32,000 nucleotides of DNA, taken from the NCBI GenBank assembly GCA_026387835.1, contig JAPLKZ010000007.1, positions 124,187-156,186 on the forward strand, in the 5' to 3' direction. The notes under the pieces are model-generated. The model was not told the DNA's origin, ran no database searches, and saw nothing but the letters and a program-made list of their open reading frames with translations. Positions 1 through 5,783 of the stretch are shown piece by piece (position 1 is the first letter of the stretch; the number at the start of each line of letters is the position of its first letter). The translations under genes were made by a program, and so were the position numbers. Origin of the DNA: Candidatus Saganbacteria bacterium. Its GTDB lineage: Bacteria > Margulisbacteria > WOR-1 > JAKLHX01.

Positions 1-111
1 TACGGCATACAGGTCGCGAAACTCGCGGGCCTGCCGGACGAAGTTATAAAAAGGGCAAAAGAAGTCTATGAAAAGCTGGAGATGGTAGAGAGCGACTTTG
101 GAAAGATTTGA
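1..111 (+). CDS. mutS: DNA mismatch repair protein MutS, C-terminal end (5'-truncated by the window edge)
   Basis: Frame 1 reads [27 protein letters not shown]...* with a stop at 109-111. This matches the conserved MutS C-terminal (S)YG(I/L)xVAxLAG(L/V)Px(E)VIxRA motif. Confidence 0.75.
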   Translation, partial: YGIQVAKLAGLPDEVIKRAKEVYEKLEMVESDFGKI

Positions 112-116
112 AAATC

Positions 117-125
117 TGATATAAT
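117..125 (+). promoter_or_regulatory. Extended -10 promoter TGATATAAT, 6 nt upstream of the ATG at 132 (predicts a leaderless mRNA)
   Basis: TG at 117-118 and TATAAT at 120-125. No Shine-Dalgarno sequence lies between it and the start codon. Confidence 0.5.
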
Positions 126-131
126 TTCATC

Positions 132-1424
132 ATGGAAAAACTACTTGACAAGATAAGATCAAAAAAAGCAAATATAGCGATAATCGGCATGGGCTATGTG
201 GGGCTTCCGCTCGGCATCGAGATTGCCAAGATCGGGTTCAATGTCTTAGGGATAGACACGAGCAAGCCGAAGACAGAGAACCTGAACAAGGGCAACAGCC
301 ATGTTGAGGACGTAAAGAGCGAGGATATCAGGACTCTCCTCGGGCAGGGCAGGATATCTTTTTATGATAACCCCCAGGTGATCGAGAAAGCGGATGTGGT
401 CATAATCTGCGTGCCGACCCCGCTCCGCAAGACCGGGGACCCCGACATCTCTTTCATAACCTCCGCGGTCCAGGAGATAAAGGACCATATCCACGAGAAC
501 ATGCTTGTGATACTGGAGAGCACGACATTTCCAGGCACTACCGATGAAGTGGTCCGGCCGCAGATTGAAAGCTTCGGCTACAAGATCGGGGAGAACTTTT
601 TCCTGGCATTCTCTCCGGAAAGAGTGGACCCCGGGAACCCGGCGTATTACACGAAGAACATCCCTAAAGTGATCGGCGGGGTGGAAATCAAATCCGGGGA
701 AGCCGCGCAGGCCCTCTACGGCCAGGTCTTTGAAAAGACCATGCTGGTAAAGGACGCTAAGACCGCCGAAATGGTCAAGCTGCTCGAGAACACTTTCAGG
801 AACGTAAATATCGCGTTCATAAACGAGTTCTGCCAGATCTGCCACCAGATGAAGGTGGATGTGTGGGAGATAATCGAAACAGCAAAGACAAAACCTTTCG
901 GGTTCATGCCTTTCTATCCCGGGCCCGGCATCGGCGGCCACTGCATCACCACTGACCCGACATATCTTACCTGGAAAGCAAAATTCATAGGAGGGGATGT
1001 CCAGCTCATAAATCTTTCCACGCAGATAAACAGAGAGATGCCGGCTTATGTGGTAACAAGAGTGGAGCAGCTCATCGGCGATCTGAAAGACAAAAAAATA
1101 CTGCTGCTCGGCATGGCATATAAAAAAGATATTTCGGATATCAGGGAATCACCGGCGATCGACGTGTTCAGGCTGTTCAGGCAGTTAGGTTCAATTGCGG
1201 ATTACAGCGATCCGTATGTGCCGGAGCTGCATGACGAGGTGACCAGGGAATCATTCACCTCAAAAGAGCTTTCAAAGGAGATGATATCTTCTTATGACTG
1301 CGTGGTGCTCACGACCGACCATTCAAATTACGACCTCAAGATGATAGAGGACAGCGCGAAGAAGATATTCGATACAAGAAACGCTTTCAGGGGCGTTGTG
1401 TCGGATAAGATATACAGACTGTGA
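132..1424 (+). CDS. Nucleotide-sugar dehydrogenase (UDP-glucose/GDP-mannose dehydrogenase family; WbpA/WecC-like)
   Basis: N-terminal Rossmann motif IAIIGMGYVGLPLG, catalytic-Cys region GPGIGGHCITTDP, and a 430-aa length typical of the family. Confidence 0.85.
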   Translation: MEKLLDKIRSKKANIAIIGMGYVGLPLGIEIAKIGFNVLGIDTSKPKTENLNKGNSHVEDVKSEDIRTLLGQGRISFYDNPQVIEKADVVIICVPTPLRKTGDPDISFITSAVQEIKDHIHENMLVILESTTFPGTTDEVVRPQIESFGYKIGENFFLAFSPERVDPGNPAYYTKNIPKVIGGVEIKSGEAAQALYGQVFEKTMLVKDAKTAEMVKLLENTFRNVNIAFINEFCQICHQMKVDVWEIIETAKTKPFGFMPFYPGPGIGGHCITTDPTYLTWKAKFIGGDVQLINLSTQINREMPAYVVTRVEQLIGDLKDKKILLLGMAYKKDISDIRESPAIDVFRLFRQLGSIADYSDPYVPELHDEVTRESFTSKELSKEMISSYDCVVLTTDHSNYDLKMIEDSAKKIFDTRNAFRGVVSDKIYRL

Positions 1425-1445
1425 TATTTCACCTAAAGATCCGCT

Positions 1446-2048
1446 TCACTTCCTGTTTATGAACCACAAGAGAGTAGGGTAGTAAAGCTCCGTCCTTAGG
1501 CCGCCTTTCACGCCGGAATGGCTTCCGCCGGTCTTCACAGCTTCAACAGCTTCTCCGGTCGTATAGCCTTTTTCTTCTATTAAGTATTTCGCGATCACCA
1601 TCCCGGTCCTGTCAGCGCCCCACTTGCAGTGGATATAGACGGGGCCTTTCATAAGCTCTTTTATCTTTTTCCACTCTGATGGCGTAGGTACCTTCGCGAT
1701 GTGCATGGGCACGTGATACCTTTCGATGCCGGCCTTTTCAAGCAAAGAAGAGTATCTTGCCTGGACGGCCCTGGTATTTTCAAGATCTATAAAATGACGA
1801 ATGCCTTTCGACTTGAGATAATTTAATACCGATAAAACAGTCTCATCGCTTGCTTTAAGGTCTATTTCCGGGTCTAAAGGATGGCCTCCCGTGTGGATAT
1901 GGCCGTCGATGACGTGGTAATTGTAAGGCATCGGGCCGCTGCCGCTGACAAGGTTAGAAGGGTATTTCACGCAGACCGATGTCCCCGCAATGGAAGACAC
2001 CGAAAATATTAAGAGTAAAAAACAAACCGCGGCGGATTTTATTTTCAT
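1446..2048 (-). CDS. Secreted protein-tyrosine/dual-specificity phosphatase-like protein
   Basis: N-terminal signal peptide (MKIKSAAVCFLLLIFSVSSIAG) and a CX5R(T) P-loop, HCKWGADRTG. The minus-strand upstream sequence is TGCTAATAT-N6-ATG, with no SD. Confidence 0.7.
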   Translation of the reverse strand: MKIKSAAVCFLLLIFSVSSIAGTSVCVKYPSNLVSGSGPMPYNYHVIDGHIHTGGHPLDPEIDLKASDETVLSVLNYLKSKGIRHFIDLENTRAVQARYSSLLEKAGIERYHVPMHIAKVPTPSEWKKIKELMKGPVYIHCKWGADRTGMVIAKYLIEEKGYTTGEAVEAVKTGGSHSGVKGGLRTELYYPTLLWFINRK

Positions 2049-2084
2049 GGATTAATATTAGCATATTTAACCCTCACCCCTTAA

Positions 2085-2110
2085 CCCCTCTCCCTTGACA
2101 GGGAGAGGGG
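2085..2110. repeat. Perfect 10-bp stem hairpin (CCCCTCTCCC-TTGACA-GGGAGAGGGG), REP-like palindrome
   Basis: The arms at 2085-2094 and 2101-2110 are exact reverse complements. It lies between the divergent phosphatase gene and tRNA-Ile. Confidence 0.6.
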
Positions 2111-2120
2111 GGTAAAACAT

Positions 2121-3635
2121 CTAATGTGTTATAATTTTCATAGAAACAGATGCTGTAATGGGCTCATAGCTCAGCTGGCTAGAGCATGCGACTGATAATC
2201 GCAAGGTCGGTGGTTCAAGTCCACCTGGGCCCATTTTAGTTTCATTGCGAACTCCCGCACATGCGTTTTCTGAAATATTTTTCGGCGAAGGTTTTCTTCT
2301 GCGGCATTTTTTTGGGTGGGGGCAAAAAAATGCCGCAGGAACAGTTTCAGGGGTCTGATTTTCGGCGCAGTTATCAGGATATTTTAATATTACTTCGACG
2401 TTCTCCTTCGAATAAATTATCTTTTCGATGTGCTGTTTTATAATAATTCGTCTTTCAGTCATATCCCTATTAGCTGTCGATCCGGTTATGGTCTCCAGTA
2501 TCTGCCGGACTTTTTCGGAGGTGAACTGCAACGGAAAGGGCCCCGGTTCAAGTCCGCTTGACATGGGTTTAGGCGAATTATTGAGCGTGAAAATCAAACT
2601 GTCGAGATGTTGATTGTTTTTGGCTATATTATCAAGATAATCTATGACAAGCCTGTCCAGACGATCGACGCTGACCTGTCTGACATCACAAAAAGACAGG
2701 TCTCTTTTATTGATGCTTGTGCAACGATAATAAAAATATCTGACTCTCCTTGTATATCTCTTTTTATTTGTGAAGACTTCGCTCATAGTAGATCCGCAGC
2801 CTTTACAATGAAGTAATCCCGGAAATAACGCACAGTGAACGACTCTGCCGTATATTCTCTGTTTATGATGTTTCTGCGCTTCTTCAAACATTTCGGGAGA
2901 CACGATCGCTTCATGCAGGCCTTGATAGATATTTCCTTTGTGAAGGATCATCCCTTTATAGACGACATTTCTCAGCATGTCACATATTACTGTCTTTGAA
3001 AAAACATTGCCTTTTCTGTTGAACATATTTCCGGATTTCAAAGTATTGTAAACAGAATAAACCGATCCGGTGGAAAGATATGTTTCAAATATCTTCTTTA
3101 CTGTTTCGGAATGAACCGGATCGATCACGAGTTTTTTATCTTCCTTTTTATATCCGAACGGAGGCTTTCCTGAACTCCACATACCTTTTTTTGCCATTTC
3201 GGCCTTTTTGTCCCTGATCCTTTCACTTGTCAGCTCTCTTTCAAACTGGCCGAAAGTAAGCATGATATTCCTAAGAAGCCGACCCGACGGAGTGGAAGTG
3301 TCAAATCTCTCTGTTATAGAAATAAAGCTCGCGTTGTGTTTTTCGAGTATTTCTAAAAGATTGTAGAAATCTTTTGGGGATCTTGTGAGCCTGTCTATCT
3401 TGTATGAAATGACGACATCTATCTTGCCGTCCTGAATATCAGATAACATATCATTCAGTCCGGGACGGTCCGTATTCGCTCCGGAGTATCCTTCGTCCGA
3501 ATAAGCCTTGTAGACTTCAAAATCGTTCTGGCTTGATATGAACGATCTGATCTTTATTTGCTGCGCCTCGCAGGAATTGAACTCGACCTCGGCCTGAGAA
3601 TCTGAAGAAACCCTCGTATAGATAGCTGCTCTCAT
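2121..3635 (-). CDS. Large serine recombinase (resolvase catalytic domain, recombinase domain and zinc-ribbon domain)
   Basis: N-terminal MRAAIYTRVSSDSQ (catalytic Ser motif), a DRLTRS motif, and the zinc ribbon HCKGCGST...YYYRC. The last 60 or so codons run through the stem-loop and the antisense of tRNA-Ile, so the functional C-terminus is uncertain. Confidence 0.85.
   Translation of the reverse strand: MRAAIYTRVSSDSQAEVEFNSCEAQQIKIRSFISSQNDFEVYKAYSDEGYSGANTDRPGLNDMLSDIQDGKIDVVISYKIDRLTRSPKDFYNLLEILEKHNASFISITERFDTSTPSGRLLRNIMLTFGQFERELTSERIRDKKAEMAKKGMWSSGKPPFGYKKEDKKLVIDPVHSETVKKIFETYLSTGSVYSVYNTLKSGNMFNRKGNVFSKTVICDMLRNVVYKGMILHKGNIYQGLHEAIVSPEMFEEAQKHHKQRIYGRVVHCALFPGLLHCKGCGSTMSEVFTNKKRYTRRVRYFYYRCTSINKRDLSFCDVRQVSVDRLDRLVIDYLDNIAKNNQHLDSLIFTLNNSPKPMSSGLEPGPFPLQFTSEKVRQILETITGSTANRDMTERRIIIKQHIEKIIYSKENVEVILKYPDNCAENQTPETVPAAFFCPHPKKCRRRKPSPKNISENACAGVRNETKMGPGGLEPPTLRLSVACSSQLSYEPITASVSMKIITH
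2127..2135 (+). promoter_or_regulatory. Extended -10 promoter (TGTTATAAT) for tRNA-Ile
   Basis: TGn plus TATAAT at 2130-2135, about 25 nt upstream of the mature tRNA 5' end. Confidence 0.5.
2160..2233 (+). tRNA. tRNA-Ile (anticodon GAU)
   Basis: Manual cloverleaf: 7-bp acceptor stem GGGCTCA/TGGGCCC, D arm GCTC/GAGC, anticodon loop CTGATAA, T arm GGTGG-TTCAAGT-CCACC, discriminator A. No CCA is encoded. Confidence 0.9.
2234..2937. repeat. Direct repeat copy A (about 700 bp), homologous to 13859-14563
   Basis: Manual alignment gives roughly nine-tenths identity. Homology starts immediately after the tRNA and ends after GATAGATATTTCCT. Confidence 0.85.
2301..2336. other. Conserved perfect 14-bp stem-loop GCGGCATTTTTTTG-GGTGGGGG-CAAAAAAATGCCGC
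   Basis: The arms are exact complements. An identical copy lies at 13926-13961. It sits between the tRNA and the conserved end of the recombinase. There is no trailing U-tract, so it is not a canonical terminator. Confidence 0.6.
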
Positions 3636-3892
3636 ACACTTGTCCTCCTTTCGAATTTATTTAACCCCCTCTGTATCTCCCCCTTGATCCCTCGGCTCGC
3701 TTGCGCTCGCTCGGGACAAGCAGGGGAGCAAATCAAATTCTTCAATTCTGAAATTAATTCTCGGTGAGCATTGGACAAGTGTAGTGATCTAATGTAGCTT
3801 AGAAAACGCGGGCAACGGGACTTCTTAAAGCTATTACAATGTAAAGGGTTTAAACAATGCTCACAACATTGTGAAACTTTTATTTCAGACAT
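3632..3892 (-). CDS. Hypothetical small Cys-rich protein (86 aa); possible recombination accessory factor or non-coding spacer
   Basis: Strong RBS (GGGAGGTGAT) upstream of the ATG, and an ATGA overlap with the recombinase start. The C-terminal half is encoded by a GC-rich repeat-family copy (ACPERAQASRG), which weakens the coding call. Confidence 0.3.
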   Translation of the reverse strand: MSEIKVSQCCEHCLNPLHCNSFKKSRCPRFLSYIRSLHLSNAHRELISELKNLICSPACPERAQASRGIKGEIQRGLNKFERRTSV

Positions 3893-3894
3893 GA

Positions 3895-4443
3895 TTATAT
3901 CACCTCCCTATGAAAAACGAAACAATGACGAGCCAGATCAGGCGGCAGAACGGCCCCTCGACCCTGCTCGGGGTGAACCCCGCCGCCGCAAAGGAACACA
4001 ATGACAGGGACACCCCGGGAAACAGCATGACGGATGGTATAGAGAGAGCCGCGCGAAGGGCCGTGCAGGAAAGCAACGATGACAGAGGACGCGGAAACCA
4101 AACGCCTGTTGCGGCGGAGAAGCGCGGAGACGGCAACCTGACGGGGAGAACCAATGGAAGAAGAGCCCCAAACCACATTGCCGCCTGACCCGATAAACCG
4201 CTCAACCTGCGGACGGACGGAAAAAGGGAAGCCCGCGGCGGAAGACCAAGCCGAATAAACAACGCTACGGGAAGAAGCACCCTGACGAAGCACCGCAGAC
4301 AAAGCAAACTGATCAGCGCCCATGGCACCGCCGGAAGCCACACTAAAACCGCGAGCCAGAAGCAGGGACACGACATGATCAACGAGCGGAGCGAAACGGA
4401 CGGGAAGAGAACGGGAACCAATGACACCAACTGAATAGGACAT
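3895..4443 (-). CDS. DprA/Smf-like (SLOG/DUF2493-like Rossmann) protein, 182 aa, lysine-free
   Basis: The motif order is IGSR...SGGAMGADQFA...RRNRRLV...SRGSLYT...GVPV, as in the DprA Rossmann domain. AAGGAGG RBS 7 nt upstream of the ATG at 4443. The upstream part of the 3895-4515 ORF is discounted. Confidence 0.6.
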   Translation of the reverse strand: MSYSVGVIGSRSLPVRFAPLVDHVVSLLLARGFSVASGGAMGADQFALSAVLRQGASSRSVVYSAWSSAAGFPFSVRPQVERFIGSGGNVVWGSSSIGSPRQVAVSALLRRNRRLVSASSVIVAFLHGPSRGSLYTIRHAVSRGVPVIVFLCGGGVHPEQGRGAVLPPDLARHCFVFHREVI

Positions 4444-4648
4444 ATAACTGCACCTCCTTGAGATCCATGTAGCATTTTCCCGCCGCGCGGCACCCGGAGC
4501 GTAAGCGGAGGGCAAGGCTGCCTGAGCGAACCGAAGGCAGCCGCAGAGGGAGCGGACACGCGCGACGCCGAGCAGCTACGAAGGCGCGGACGAGGCGGAG
4601 CAAGTGGGAGCGACCTTGAAGCGCAAAGGCGGGAAAATGCTACAATGG
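4444..4648 (-). ncRNA. Structured A-poor 5' leader or ncRNA closed by a helix of about 20 bp
   Basis: The arms at 4465-4484 and 4628-4648 are reverse complements (16 contiguous bp plus 4 bp after a one-nt bulge) and enclose 143 nt with internal hairpins such as GGCTGCCT...AGGCAGCC. The 3' arm ends 6 nt before the SD of the DprA-like ORF. Confidence 0.45.
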
Positions 4649-4842
4649 AAAACCCGGAGAAGCACCCCTCATAGAAAGCAAAAATCGTTTGGTTGGGTTT
4701 GAAAAGGCACAGCGAAAAGTGGCATTTATTTGACAGAGGCAATAGAAGTCATAATTGTATTACGAGAGCGGAGATGACGCCTCCGCCGCCTCGCAAGGCT
4801 CGGCGACATCGGCGGAAAGAAACTTATCTTCTAATAAAGATC

Positions 4843-4879
4843 AGGCGGCTTGTCGCTACTTCGCAGCTCCAAGCCGCCT
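4843..4879 (-). terminator. 10-bp stem hairpin (AGGCGGCTTG...CAAGCCGCCT) followed on the minus strand by GATCTTTATT; possible terminator of a short transcript
   Basis: Perfect 10-bp arms with a 17-nt loop that can extend the stem. The U-tract is interrupted. Confidence 0.35.
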
Positions 4880-4907
4880 AACATCATCAATAGTTCAAAG
4901 TAATCCT

Positions 4908-4974
4908 AAAATGGTGCGAGCGGCCCACACCGCTACCATTACTCTGATTATACATAACGCATTCACGGCTGCAT
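4908..4974 (-). promoter_or_regulatory. Inverted-repeat copy A: promoter (-35 ATGCAG, -10 TATAAT) plus leader hairpin, reading leftward
   Basis: 4908-4952 is a 45-bp perfect reverse complement of 13734-13778. -10 at 4947-4952 and -35 at 4969-4974, with a 16-nt spacer. Confidence 0.6.
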
Positions 4975-4981
4975 CTTTATA

Positions 4982-5028
4982 TGGCGGTCGCATACCTTAG
5001 CCCCCAATATAAAAAATTGCGACCGCCA
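4982..5028. other. Hairpin with an 11-bp stem (TGGCGGTCGCA...TGCGACCGCCA) and a 25-nt loop
   Basis: Exact complementary arms at 4982-4992 and 5018-5028, located at the junction between inverted-repeat copy A and the phoB promoter. Confidence 0.4.
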
Positions 5029-5043
5029 ACCAGAAACAATAAT

Positions 5044-5087
5044 TTTACAAGTTCTTAATATAATATTCACATATGGAATGATATAAT
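5044..5087 (+). promoter_or_regulatory. Pho-box-like array (TTTACA, TTAATA, TTCACA at 11-bp phasing) plus extended -10 TGATATAAT
   Basis: Hexamers at 5044, 5055 and 5066. -10 at 5082-5087, 6 nt before the ATG at 5094, with no SD. The 7-bp inverted repeat ATGGAAT/ATTCCAT (5073-5079 and 5086-5092) overlaps the -10. Confidence 0.5.
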
Positions 5088-5093
5088 TCCATT

Positions 5094-5780
5094 ATGAAAA
5101 CCGTCCTGGTAGTAGACGATGAAAAGGACATTGTGGAAGCGATTGAATACAACCTTTCCAAAGAAGGATACAAGGTACATAAAGCTTTTGACGGGGATAC
5201 AGGGCTTTTGACCGCGCAGAACAAGTTGCCTGATATTGTGATACTAGACCTTATGCTGCCCAAAATGGACGGTACCGAAGTTTGCAAAAGGTTGAAGAAA
5301 GATGCCAAAACAGCAAATATACCGGTTATCATGCTTACCGCAAAAAGTGAAGAAACTGACAAGATTGTTGGACTTGAGATAGGGGCAGACGATTACATGA
5401 CCAAACCTTTCAGCATGAGGGAGCTCCTGGCAAGAATAAAAGCTATATTGAAAAGATACGGGACAGGTGTCGAAAAAACGCAGAGTATTTTGAAATATCC
5501 GGGACTTGAAATAGATGTTGACCAGCATATTGTGACGGTGATTGGAAAGAAATTAGAATTAACGGCGAAGGAATTCCTGTTATTAAAATATTTGGCCGAG
5601 AACAAAGAAAGGGTCTACAGCAGGGACAAGCTTCTTGATAGTGTCTGGGGTATCGATGCGGCAATCGAAACGCGTACTGTTGATGTCCATATGAGACGGC
5701 TCAGGGAAAAATTAAAGTCAGCATCGCATTATTTAAAGACGCTCCACGGCGTAGGATATAAATTCTCGGAAAAGAGCTGA
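5094..5780 (+). CDS. phoB: OmpR-family response regulator, PhoB/PhoP-like
   Basis: Receiver domain (VLVVDDE...DLMLPKMDG...KP) and a winged-helix output domain (LTAKEFLLLKYL...VDVHMRRLREKL). Adjacent to a PhoR-like kinase and pst genes. Confidence 0.85.
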   Translation: MKTVLVVDDEKDIVEAIEYNLSKEGYKVHKAFDGDTGLLTAQNKLPDIVILDLMLPKMDGTEVCKRLKKDAKTANIPVIMLTAKSEETDKIVGLEIGADDYMTKPFSMRELLARIKAILKRYGTGVEKTQSILKYPGLEIDVDQHIVTVIGKKLELTAKEFLLLKYLAENKERVYSRDKLLDSVWGIDAAIETRTVDVHMRRLREKLKSASHYLKTLHGVGYKFSEKS

Positions 5781-5783
5781 TAC

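Larger units (their letters stand above)
2234..4907 (-). mobile_element. Putative small integrative element containing the serine recombinase, orf86, the DprA-like ORF and a structured leader, inserted at the tRNA-Ile 3' end
   Basis: The left border is exactly at the tRNA 3' end. CCATTTTAG occurs at 2231-2239 (+) and inverted at 4906-4914. GAACT sits at the same offset inside both ends, and there is a homologous remnant next to tRNA-Ala. Confidence 0.5.

Noticed and set aside
246-941. 231-aa ORF (and a 63-aa ORF) on the minus strand inside the nucleotide-sugar dehydrogenase gene
   Set aside because: It is fully antisense to a gene with clear family motifs. It has a low-complexity, Arg/Pro/His-rich translation and no RBS. 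This is a typical shadow ORF.
2301-2336. The 14-bp perfect stem-loop as a standard intrinsic terminator for tRNA-Ile and tRNA-Ala
   Set aside because: The stem is A/T-run-rich, and neither strand has a U-tract after the hairpin. It is conserved as part of the element, so it is recorded as a structural element of unknown role.
3900-4742. 280-aa minus-strand ORF, and other long ORFs (3938-4171, 4379-4603, 3910-4188 on the plus strand), overlapping the DprA-like gene
   Set aside because: They are open mainly because the strand lacks adenine and therefore stop codons. The translations are low-complexity (Leu/Ser/Pro/Arg), with no RBS or recognisable motif. They are not annotated as genes, though the stop-free property itself is reported as a finding.
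3895-4975. Retron or diversity-generating retroelement explanation for the structured RNA and the adenine bias
   Set aside because: No reverse transcriptase ORF and no template/variable repeat pair are present anywhere in the window. The long-range helix alone is insufficient. This is kept only as something homologous loci could revisit.
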